Assembly (NCBI RefSeq): GCF_009914755.1
Contig: NC_060925.1
Reading direction: 5' to 3' (one strand)
From: the human T2T-CHM13v2.0 reference genome, Homo sapiens
DNA: 64,000 nucleotides
In this document: piece by piece, positions 1 through 14,076 of the stretch
How positions within the stretch are numbered: position 1 is the first letter of the stretch
Layout of the letters: every line of letters starts with the position of its first letter
Program-made: the position numbers and the translations under genes
Notes under the pieces: model-generated
Told to the model about the DNA's origin: nothing
What the model saw: the letters and a program-made list of their open reading frames with translations, nothing else
The model's database searches: none

Positions 1-813
1 CTCGCTGGGAAAGTATGAGAAGCCCCAGCGGCCACCGTCACGTGGGGATAACAAGATATACACAAAAAAGTGAGCTTCCGCTACGGGAATTCAGGCCTGA
101 TGCAGTCTGTGATGTGAGGATGTCTCAGGCACTGCCATGCAGATGAGTGGGAAATGAAGGGGACTGATGGGAAGTGCCCTGAGGTGACAGGAGGGAGCAG
201 TTCCCGAGGGAGCCACAATGGTCAGGGAGGGCTTGGGGGATTGGCAGATAGAAGTGGGCCTTGAAAGGAAAATAAGAGTTGTACAAGCAAGAAGGAGATA
301 GAAACGGTATTCCAGGTGATGAGAAAAGTATGCCCAAATTTTGGAAGCCAGAGAGTGGGATACTCCAGGGAGAGTGAAAAGACAGCCTGGCTAGAGGAAA
401 TGGGTCCTGAAGGAGAGAAATGAGAGATCACTCTGGAAAGGAAGTCTGGGGCTGGTTCCTGAGGGAAGTCCCCTGAGATCCAACATCTTCTTCTGTTCTT
501 TCTACCCACAGGTCAGGAATTACACAGATATTGTTTGCTCTGCAGACCTGAGCTGCCTCTTAAGGGTGCTGATTACACAGCCTTCTTCATCTCAGCCTAT
601 GTCCAGATGGATCACAGAATCCTCACCACAAGGGAGCTGGCCAGCCTGACCTGGAAGGTGGGGGCTTTCCTGCCATTGGTGCCTATTGCTTTGGGCTTGC
701 ATACTCAGTACAGGTTGACACCTAACTCTAATGCCACCTGCTATGCCAACAGGACCATCCAGAAACTCAACCAAGGCACCACAGACTGCTGGGGAAAGGT
801 TCTTGCTGTTTTA

Positions 814-1151
<338 letters not shown>

Positions 1152-1382
1152 TCATCAGTTAGGCCCTGACCAAATGGGCTAGGGGACATGAGGACAGATG
1201 GGGACGGGGAAAAAAAGGAGCAGATACCTTAGCTCAGGTCCTCATCCCCAGCTGGGTTCCCTTCTCCTCCAAGGAATCCTTTCCAGGAGTGGAGAAAGAG
1301 GCATCTCAGCCAGGGTCCCTGGAGGCCAGACTTTTTCATCCCCTTTCATATGTGAAGAGGCTGAATAATCATCTTAACCCCC

Positions 1383-2065
<683 letters not shown>

Positions 2066-2093
2066 AAACCGTGTCACCTGCCTGTATTATCTC

Positions 2094-2094
2094 T

Positions 2095-2139
<45 letters not shown>
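2094..2139. repeat. (TG)n microsatellite at the tail of a minus-strand Alu fragment (~2137-2280)
   Basis: direct read. Confidence 0.95.
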
Positions 2140-2140
<1 letters not shown>

Positions 2141-2399
2141 TGGGGTCTCACTCTGTCACCCAGGCTAGAGGAGCATGATCATAGCTCACTCACTGCAGCC
2201 TCAAATTTGAGGGATCCTCCTGGGCTCAAGCTATCCTCCTGCCTTAGCCTCCCAAGTAGCTAGGACTGTGCCTAGCTAAAATACCAAACTCTTGATTTCA
2301 GCTCCTTTTGTCATCATTTGTCCATTTCTTCTACAATCTTAAATTTTTTTGACTGGGGTTTCTATGTTGCTGAATTTGGTGACATTTTCACTAACCCAG

Positions 2400-2400
<1 letters not shown>

Positions 2401-2439
<39 letters not shown>
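2401..2439. repeat. (CA)n microsatellite
   Basis: direct read. Confidence 0.95.
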
Positions 2440-2440
<1 letters not shown>

Positions 2441-4257
2441 CCCCATTAAAGTTCTTTCCTTCAATGAAATTGGCAAAGGGGCATAAAGAAAACTGGAACC
2501 TAAGGACCCAGTGAGGAAGCAAAGTTCCACTTTCCACTGGAAACTGGTCTTTTACAATAATCCCATTGCACCTAGGAGCTGGACCAGGCTGTTATTTTAG
2601 AGTTTAAAAGTTGTCCTCCCTTCTTCTACCTGGCTACTGGCTTGGGGCTTTAGGTGGGTGAGGCCTACCTCCACAAGAAAAATCCACAGTGAAAATGGTG
2701 ACAGTTGGAGGGTGCTGGAGTTGAGCTTAGCCTTCCTCACTTCAGAAGAGCTAAATGCATACAGGAGTGCAACAGAAGTCAGGAATCTATTGCCAGAGGG
2801 GCCAGAGAGGGGCAAGGGCCTTCCTGCTCTAGGGCCCTTCCCCAGAAGATGTTAGCTATGGGTCAAGTCTCTACCTCCTCCCCAACCCCCATTCTCCATT
2901 GCATCCTTGGAACCAGGAGCCCAGAAACCTGCCAGCCCAGATGACCAGGACCATGTTTGAGATGCATAAATTTGGTCCTCTGGATCCTTCAAAAGTACAC
3001 TGTATTTGTCACTCCCCGTAGACCCTCATGCAATAAGTTCTTCATGCTCTGTACATCGATTCTTTTTCTCCAGCAGTTCTGAGCAATGCTTCAAAAACGA
3101 AACATCAGATTCCTTGTAAAGTTAAAAGGAACAGATTTTTTTCCCACATACCATGAATTTCTCATTGATTGGTTTAGTTACAATATCTAATGTGTCCACA
3201 GGTATGTTTTAAAAGTTCCTTTATGGGGCAGAGAGAGCATTTTTTTAATACTCTGGTTTCACTTTTTTGCATTTAAATACTTTCTCACATACTCAATATT
3301 TATAAAAGGGTTAGAGTTCATTTTAACAAATCCCATTAAATAGGCAGGGCTTTTCAAGGTCTTGCCTATGAATTTCCTCATTTCAAGCACTGTTTAGTCC
3401 AGGTAAGCTCCAATAGAACCTGAGAACTTGGGACTGCCAGGCCAACTCTAGGTACTAGTTCCTGACATTTCTTTGAATATTTGGGTGGTCACATTTGTTT
3501 TCTTTGGTCATACTTACCCAACTGGACCTCTTTTTTGTTGAAATGTGAACTCTACTGCTAGCCAGTTAAAGTTCATTGTTTTTCAGAACTTTGATTTTGA
3601 AGATGAATATGACTTTAACCTGGCCATCATGTACTGCTTTTTCATAGTTAATTCAAAACAGAGCAGAACTCTGGGGATTAGTTCAATAGAAACAATGTAT
3701 TCTTCAGGATCTTTCTCTAAGTAGAGGAACTTTCTTGACCCTTACACAGCAATATATGGACTTTTTGGACTACCAGCTCATGGTTATTCTTAATGTGATC
3801 CAGACCCCAGGGCCATCCCCAGGAAAAGGAAGCAAAGCACCTCCCCACAGTAGGCCTGTGCTAGACACAGTGGACACACAGTGGAAACAAGGTCCCTGCC
3901 CAAAGACCTCAAAATTTATTGTGAGAGATGAATTGGTAATTAAATAGCTGATTATTTTAAAAGCCCTAATACAGTTGTGTTTCATGTACATAACTGTAAA
4001 TGAATGTAAAAAGTGCTGTAAAATCACAGTGGGAGGGATTCATTCTTGCAGTGAGGAAGAAGGATGAGGATTGAGGAAGACTTCAAAGAGGTGAGTTTTG
4101 AAATAGGGTTTGAAGGACAAGTAAGAGTTTACTAGGCAGAGATGCATGGAAAGAACATTCCAGGCAGCAGAGACAGCTAAAATAAATAAATAAATAAGTC
4201 GCAGAGTAAGGAAAAGGATGGGAATGAGAAGTGGTTCAGTGTTACTACAGCATAGAG

Positions 4258-4460
4258 CAAGCTTGTCCAACCCACAGCTCAGGATGGCTTTGAATGAGGC
4301 CAACACAAATTAGTAAACTTTATTAAAATATGAGATATTTTTACAATTTTGTTTTGTTTTTGCTTATTAGCTATCATTAGTATTAGTGTATTTTATGTGT
4401 GGCCCAAGACAATTCTTCTTCCAGTGTGGCTCAGGGAAGTCAAAAGATTGGACACCCCTG
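4258..4460 (-). mobile_element. MER30 (hAT-Charlie MITE)
   Basis: terminus ...aaaagattggacacccctg, MER30 internal motif, perfect 8-bp TSD gcatagag (4250-4257 and 4461-4468). Confidence 0.9.
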
Positions 4461-5773
4461 GCATAGAGTATTTTGGGGTGACATGATGGGAGCTGGAGAA
4501 GTAGGTAGGGGTCAGAATTCAGAAGGCCTTGGACACCAGCCTGAAGGCTTAGAGTTGCTCCCATTGGCCATGCACTCACCAAAGGTGTTCACGTCCCTCT
4601 TTTGGCTGTTAGATTGGATGGGCTCAATCTTTTGGCCCTCTGTCTCTAGAATAGAGCCGCTGCTTTTCTACTGGGCCCACTATTTCTTCCTGGTCCTCTG
4701 ATCCCCTTAGCACTACACAGATCTCGATATTTGCCTCGGGTATCAAGGCTCTGAAAATGATCCGGATTTAGAGGAGATGGCTCATTTTCAGAAAGAGTTT
4801 TATATTCTCCCTCTGGCCTTATACACTACAGGCAAATGGCACCGATGTTTTGGAGTTGGGCCAGTTGGGCCTTTTCTCCCCTCAAGAGAGGAGGATTCGA
4901 TATTCAGTGTTTCTGAATTTCATGCTTAGTTCTTAAGCCATTTCCCATTTGCCCTAAGAAATAAGAGCTGGCAGCAAGCTGCGCTGTTTTTTTCTAAACG
5001 GGAAATGGGTTAAGCATTTGTGATCACCACTGAATGAGTGCCAGAGCTGGTTAGTGATCTTCCTGTTCAATCCGAGGTCACCTAACTAGATAACAAAGAG
5101 CTGAAACTAAAAGTCCGGTCTCCTGACTCCCAATCCAGTACTCTTTCTGGTGTGCTCCAGCTTCTGGCTCTGCTTAGCCAATTATGGAACAGACAGAATG
5201 TACTTGGCTGCCCCAAACGGCTAAAGGGCAGTTCTGTTCCCAAAATGGAATTCTGTTGTGCCTCAAGCTAGGCAGCATAATTGTGTGTCTTTTGGTAACT
5301 CCCTGTCTTCTTCTGTAAAATGGGAGTAGAGCCTACTTAATCCTGCAGCTACTTCTAAGATCAGGGATTGGGGCGTGGTGGGCTGTTCTGCAGCTGTTTT
5401 GTGATGGATGAGGGATGATAGATCTATGTTCAAGTAGCGGAATCTTAGAGTCAGGAGTTGGAAGGAATCTTGGAGGTGGTCTGTGGTGACAGGAAGCCTC
5501 TTCCAATAGACTGAACACGGAAGACTTCCTAGAGCCGGAGGACAAGGGTTTCTTTCCTCTTAGCAGTGAGCTTCTTGTTTTTGGAAATGCTCAAGCCAAG
5601 AATGGATGTTCAGGCAGAGGGGATTCCGCTCGGAAGGGGCTTTCTGCACTGAAGTGGTGGCCAGCGGGAAACTCCAGGTTTCCAACTCCTGCACAAATCC
5701 TTTCTAATATCCATCCACTCAGGTGAGCTGGCAGGACAGTAGCTGTGCAGGGTTCAGGGTCATTATATGTCAA

Positions 5774-5786
5774 TGACCTTCAGCAC
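5774..5786 (-). promoter_or_regulatory. CPT2 PPRE / ERR response element (TGACCT-T-CAGCAC)
   Basis: perfect AGGTCA half-site with TGA extension (TNAAGGTCA); matches my recollection of the partially conserved CPT2 PPRE. Confidence 0.75.
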
Positions 5787-6074
5787 GGATTACTAACAAC
5801 AGTAACATCCGTTACCGTTTACTGCTTTCCTATTAAGCACCATGCACTGTGCATAACATGTTATCTTTATCTCATATCTAGAATTTTGGGAGGTACTTTG
5901 AATCATTACGATCTATCTACTTCTTAGGTGAGGAAATAGAGGTTTAAAATTTAGTCCACAGTCTCGCAAGGATGGAGCCTGGATCAAATTTTGGGTTATC
6001 AGATTCCAATCACGTTTCTTAGCTTTTCTTTTTTTTTTCCAACTCCAGTTTCTGTCTTGCTCCAAAAAAGGGGA

Positions 6075-6600
<526 letters not shown>

Positions 6601-8469
6601 CAGTCACTCATGACTCCTCTAGTGAACCCGTTTCCGCCCCCAAGCCCCTACCATGGAGGCTGCCACAGCCCCTAATCTGGAAGTCTTGGGACTTTTCACA
6701 ATCTCCTAGCACAGGAACCTCAGAACCCTCAAATTCTCTTCCAGAACCCCTCGATGCTATCTCAGATTCTCCATCTTGAACGCTTCTCAGATTCCCTCTC
6801 CTTTAACCTAACTTCCAGCCAGCTATCCTGAGTCCTCTTCTCCCTGAAAAATGCCAGACCTGCATATTTCCAGCGCCGCTGTAATCCCTCGACTATGTTG
6901 TCTCCTGAAGTACTTTAATGACTGCCTCACATTCCTACCCGGAATATGGGTAGGCTGATTCCTAATACATCATGGTTACCATTCCTTAACTTCTCCCAGC
7001 ACCGCCTTCACCCCTGTCACTCAGGACCCTCAGCCCCACCTCCCATTTCTCCAGTACTCTGTTCTTTCACCCCCCATGAGCCCCCACAAGCACAGCCCTG
7101 AAGTGTTCACCCTTGTCCTCAACTGACCCTCCCCCATGTTTTTAAATCTTTAATCTCCTAAATCCAGTGTTCACCCGGAAACCTTTCACTCTCTCCAAGC
7201 CCTCCTCAACAGGTTCCTCCCCTCAAAATATCCTTCCTCACCCACAGTACCCCTTGTAAGTGCAGCTCACCCTCACAGAATTCTAGACACCACCCTCAGT
7301 ACCCCATCCACACTCCATCATACTCAGATCCAGGGTCCACCCAAATTTCTCTTCTCCTCCTCACCACTGGCTACCCTGCCTTCGAAACACTTCACCCAGA
7401 ATCGACTTCCCCTCTGAAAAGAGCCCTAGTAAATCCTCTTCCCCTTCCCTCCCCCAGTACTTTCTTAAATCCAGCTTCCAGTTCTTCCAGCCTTCGAACT
7501 CCGCTTTCGTCTGAGTTGCCAGATCTCCTTCTTCAATATTAGAAATTTTCTTCACCCTCTAAACCAAACCTAAACTAACTTCTAACTTACTGAGTGAGTA
7601 ACTCAGTTCCTGGAGCCAAGTTCAAAATTTGTCTCAAAGACCCTTCTCACCTTATTTCTCACCAAACTGCCCTCAGGGATTCCCCACACTCCAAGAGCTA
7701 GAGGCCAGGCTTCTTCCCCATGTGTGGAACATTGTGTCACAGGCCTCACCCGAGCTGCTGGGTTGTTTTTCTCTGCATCTGGGACCACTTAACCCAACGT
7801 CATCACTACATACCCTCACCCTCTCAGGAGGATCGAGTGATTCTTGTGAAATTACATTTTGTGCAAACATCTAAGACATGAAAATGAGATTATCTACACG
7901 TGGCAGGAGGGAGGAAGAAAAAGGGGCTTTGTGCCTGTGGCATAAGCCTGGTACATGCTTCCACCCTGTCAACCTGTGTGTATGAGCTGAGCCAGTATAT
8001 GGGTGAAAGGTGAGGACTGACAGAACCTGTCTTCACTTGCCAAGTTCAGAGTCAGATGGTCACTGACTTTCAGGCAGGCCTGGGCCCCACCCAGGTTTAA
8101 GATCAGAGGGATTTTCTGCACTTTAGAATTGGAAAGCTGGAAAGAATATTCAAGATTATTTATTCCAACCCCATCCATAGCACAGTCTGTAGGAATCTGG
8201 AGGTACCAATTCAAACTCCAGTTCAAATAGTACCACTAGTCACCTACGCATAACCTTAAGCAACCAACCTCCCCCAGACCTCCATTACCTTATTTGTAAA
8301 TTGGGAGTTAGATGAGAGATGAGATTCCTTCTGTCGCTCAGATTCTAGACTGGTAAAATGTATAATCTTTCACACTCACTCATTGATGTCACACTTGGTG
8401 AAAAGCCCTGACTTTGAGGTCTGGTAGAATGTAGTTGCAGATTCTGGATCTGCAAGTCTTTAGCTATAA

Positions 8470-8932
<463 letters not shown>

Positions 8933-10145
8933 TTCACTCCAGAAATTTTTAAGTAGGACTTTTTTAAATCAAATTGCCATTGTCTCTAATCTAGAATTTT
9001 GTTTAAAAGGAAGAAGGTAAACTTTCATGAATATTCCTACTGTAATAAAACTAAATCTTAAACATATGTAGGCAACTGGAATTATGAGGTAGCTGAGATA
9101 GTATTTGGAATTTTTCTGAGTAAGTCAGTGAATGTAAGGGGATCTGTGGTGTTAAAGTGTTGTAAATGGGTACTTAGTGCAGTCTAAGTCCATAATGGCA
9201 GTAAATAATTGATTTATTTTTGTCATATTATGGATAAACATGCATTACAAATAAACTGATGAACCACAGTATATCTTATATTAGGCTTTTAAACTGCTTT
9301 ATGTATCATGTTTCAGTTTTCCTAAATGACTGATACATTTCAGTATTTTGCATATCAGTGTTAATTTTGAGTTGGTAGAGGCAACCTAACAAACTCTGAT
9401 TGTTTTGCTATTAGGGGATATTTCCTTCAATAAAACCAATGAATTGAAAGAGAAAATACACCTCACTTTACTGTCCATGTGTTTTCATTTCACAATAAGC
9501 CAGTAACTTCATCACCATAGCCATCTTTGGGAATCACTAGTAGACAGAATGATAAGTAGGCAAATTGCTGTTCCTGTTATTTAAGCACAGGGACTATTTG
9601 GTTCTTCCTAATGGCGTTCCTGGTATCTGGGCATGGCTCACTGGTCGATTCCTACCTTTTAGTGACTGTAGCCCCCATATATGGCTGGCCCTTGGACAGA
9701 TCTGTGTTTCACTCTTATATAATTATTTGTTGTAAAATGCAGAAGAAAATTTAAAAAATAGAACCTTTTCATTTTATCCTAGGGGAGAAAAATGCAGTTG
9801 TTCAAACTAAGGGTAGAATTAAATCAGGGCCAATACAGTGTTAGCACAGGTGTTATCATTGTGACCAGAAAACAGGAATCCTTGGGGCAGCTTCTGCTTC
9901 CCCATTTTGAATCTATTATTGTTATTTAAAATAATTATATTTGTATTTTACTTAAAGATTTAGTTGTTATTTTACTTAAAAGTAGAGTTACCATTGATAT
10001 ACTTGGCATTAGTAAACCCATTGATTCTGATTTGTCAGTCGCTTCTGATTATTGGTTTTGGGGGAGGAAATTAATGATCTAGTAATCAGTTCATTAGCTT
10101 GTAAAGCTAATTAACCTCTTCCATATACTGTCAGCCTTACACTGA

Positions 10146-10244
<99 letters not shown>

Positions 10245-10610
10245 TAAACACTGAGAACCTTGGGTGAGCATAGTTGGGGTGGTTCAAGACAGGCTGGCAA
10301 GTAGTGGTGGACCAAGCTTCAGGGAATGTCTGTGACGTGGCTGGGTCTCCAGGAACCCAGAACCTAGTTGTACATCTGCAAGTTCAGGAAATAGATTTTC
10401 ATTCATGAAGGACTGACCAAGCCCCGAGAGTTCCTCTAAACAGGCTCAACAGGAGATAGTTTATAAGCCAGAATGCCAAATGTGTACTTTCCCTTAGCAG
10501 GTGTACCTGGGAGGCTCGCTGGTCCTGGTCATTTATAGAGAGCATGTACCCTTGGAAGGGAGGTCCATTGAGGAGACCATACGGCAGACCAGAAGTCTGC
10601 ATCGTGAGCA

Positions 10611-11048
10611 TGTTTATTGAGTTGGATAGCATGCCTCCAAAATTTATGCCCTTTTTCATGAAATTTAGTATATGATCTTATTTGGAATTAGGGTTGTGGC
10701 AGATGTAATTAGTTAAGATGAGGTCCTACTGGAGTAGTGTGGGTCCTTAATTAAATATGACTGGTGTCCTTGTAAGAAGACACAGAGACAGCGGTGTGAG
10801 GACACAGGCAGAGATTGTGTCCTCTGCCTGTGTCAACAAGCCAAGGCATGCCAGGGATTGCTGGCAACACCAGAATCTAAGAGAAAGCCATGCAACAGAT
10901 TCTTCCCCAGTCTTCAGAGAAGATATAGTCCTACTGACACCTGGATTTTGTCCTTAAAGCTTCCAGAACTGTGAGAGAATAAATTTCTGTTGTTTTCAGC
11001 CACCCAGTTTGTGGTGTTTTGTTATAGCAGTCCTAGGAAGCAAATACA
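10611..11048 (+). mobile_element. MLT1 (B/C-like) MaLR solo LTR
   Basis: gcagatgtaattagttaagatgaggtc...actgtgagagaataaatttctgttgttt...aaataca. Confidence 0.85.
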
Positions 11049-11289
11049 GCATGGAATTGGAAAATAATATCAAATATTGTCAAAAAGTGGATTGCATTAA
11101 GCTCTTATAGCCTAGTGTAGTACTCTTTTTCCATAATGGAAATTTTTCTGTACAGGTAACTGGCATTGTTGTTGGAATCACAGAACTCTTCACTGGACAG
11201 TGATGGAGAAGCAGATGAATTATCCATAATCTAGGCCTCTGTTTTCAAATATTTGTTATTAGTCATTTAAAGTTTCTCTTGATATGGTA

Positions 11290-11510
11290 ATAGCTACCAG
11301 TTATTGAGTATTATGTTTTAGGATATTCTAAATCCTTAGCTTTATAAATATTTTTAATCTTGTAAAGTGGTATTATTATCCATTTTACACATCAAGAAAC
11401 CGAGACTCAGATCAAGTAACTTATCCAAGATCACACAGTTTGAAAAGCAACAGAGCTAGGATTCAGACTTAACTTCTGTTGACTCCAGAGCTTGTGTCCT
11501 TTTCTCCATG
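11290..11510. mobile_element. MIR
   Basis: attattatccattttaca...gaaaccgagactcag...ttatccaagatcacacag core. Confidence 0.75.
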
Positions 11511-11713
11511 CCAAACTGCCTCCTAGGATATGGATTATTTTGTGAGATGTTGATTGATTTTCCTAATCATTCATTTTAAGAAGGTAGTCTAGATTATCAA
11601 TTTTAGATTGATTCCTGTTCTGGTTAGAGGTACTTTCTGATCTCATTCCAGGTTTTAGGGCTATGCTGTTGGGGACCCAAAACTCTATTATGAGTTCCTC
11701 GCCATGAACCTAA

Positions 11714-11878
<165 letters not shown>

Positions 11879-12449
11879 TAGGCTGGGCTGTGGGTATGAT
11901 TTCTCCCAGAGCCCTCCATAATGAAAAGTAAGGCATATTCTCTCCTGTTTTGGTCTCAGAGATATTTTTGGTGAGACCAGCAAATGAAGTAACGTCTCAT
12001 CCTCCCTTCCTGAGGTAAATTAAGGCTGAGTGTGTTCCTCCTCTACTGAGGTGTTGACTTGAGCCCATGCTCAAGAATGATGGCCAGCCTTCTCTGTAGA
12101 TGGGATTGAGGCAGAACCTAATCAATGGTCCTGTCTGAAAAGGATGCAGGATTAAGTCCTATGTCCTATATCATTCTGGGTCCTTCACTGTCAGACAGAA
12201 CTGTCCTCTCCAGCCTCTTCTCTCACCACCCACCCTGACATACTTCCTGCTAAACTCCTCATTGCTCCCTGAACCCTTAGTCTTTCATTCTTTTGTGCCT
12301 TTATCCATGCTGTTCCCACTACCATTTTTTTGCCTGGCAAATTCTTCTTTTAAGATCCAAGGAGGATGGTTTTCTGTGAAACCTTCTCAGTCCTTTTTCC
12401 TTTCCATTCAGAGTTGGTTGCTTCCACCTCTGTTCCTACAGCACTTCTT

Positions 12450-14071
12450 TTAATTTAGTTTATATATTTACCAAGGTTATACATGCATATAGTTTAAAGA
12501 ATCAGACAGTTCTATAAGGCTTGTTAGGAAAAACAGCAACTTCCTCATCATCTTATTTCCCACTTCTCACTTTCAGCTCCTAAATCTTTTGTTATATACC
12601 CCCGTATCTCTAAATTAGATACTTACCTTACTGCATCTTGATTTTTTTGCTTTAGTCATTAGCTATTGACATCTCACTGTAGAAGATTAGAATTCAGCAG
12701 TACTTTACATCCCACCACATATGTGGGATGTGTATACACATACTTCCTATCCCCTTATTTTCACAGCATAGGGATTTGTAATTTTGGGTAACTCAGTATC
12801 TAGTTTTATGCTATTATGATCATAGAAACACTATTGTCAGCTGACTCATGTAGCATATTGGGATTGTTTTTCCTTTCCAGTACAAACTTTTTGTTTTCTC
12901 TGAAGTTAATAATTGTTCCATCTTTTCTCTTGTTTAGTTTTCTATGTGCTTACTAATTTACCCCCAGACTCTTCCCAAGCTGTCTGAATCTCCTCTCAAT
13001 ACATGAAAGCAGATTGGACATTCTATCCCTTTTGGTCTTCTTGACGAAACTTCTTCCAGAACTTGCGACATGCTGTAGTCTGGATTTGTGAACCTCTTGG
13101 CCTACTGTGAAGCTGCTCTCCTGTGCTCTTTCACCATCAGCTGGGGCATCTGTCATCTCTCTCTCATGTTGGGACTCGTGTTTCTTGTCTTTCATATTTT
13201 CTTATTTCTTGGCTTTTTCTTTCTTTTTTTTTTTTTTTTAAATCAGAGCACATATTCCCTGTACTATCTGGAAACAGAATATGGGAAGCAAAAATTTTAA
13301 AATGGCCCTTATACTTCATTGATAATTTGTTTGGCTGGGTTTGAAATTATTTTCCCACAGAATTTTGGAGGCTTTGCTCCATTGTCTTTTAGCATCCAGT
13401 GTTGCTGTTGGTAAATCTAATGTTATTCTGAGACTTAATCTTTTGACTACTTCTTCTCTCTGCCTTTGGAAGCTTTTTAGAATTTTCTCTTTGTCCCCAG
13501 TGTTTTGAAATTTCAGGTAATGTGTTTTAGTATGTGTTGGGCCACTCTGTGAGTCCTTTGAATCTGGAATCTCATCCTTCAGGTCTGGGATATTTCCTTG
13601 TTTTATTTCTTTGGCTTTCTTCCTCTCCATTTTTTTTCTCTGTTTTTTCTTTGTGGAACTCTATTATTATTCAGGTGTAGAATTTCTGGGTCTCATCCTC
13701 TAATTTTCTTTTCTCTCACATTTTTCATCTCTTACTCTTTTTGTTACATTTTCTTGGGAGACTTACTTAATTTTAATCTCTCAACCTGTTTTTAAAACTC
13801 CTGCTTTCCTATTTTTTACTTCCACAAGCTCTTTTTTCTTCTTATGGTGTTCTTTTTAAAAATAGTTTATCTCTGATAATTTTTTTTTAAGATCTCTTCT
13901 CTCTTCATAGTCTGTTGCCTCCAAGTTGCTTTTCTTCTGTTTGCTTTGCCCTTTTCTTTCTTCAGATGCTTCATAATCCTGTGTTGTCTTCGATATGAGT
14001 GAGATATTAAAAAGCTCTTGGAAGCTATGTGGATGGGGGTGAGGCTTGTCAGTTACAGGCTTTGCTCTAAT
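12450..14071 (-). mobile_element. Old L1 (L1M) fragment with ORF1 remnant; probably continues ~16735-17530
   Basis: ORF 13316-13630(-) KEKILKS...IRITLDLPTATLDAKRQW..KIL.ENNFKP resembles L1 ORF1p C-terminal region; boundaries approximate. Confidence 0.75.
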
Positions 14072-14076
14072 GTGAT

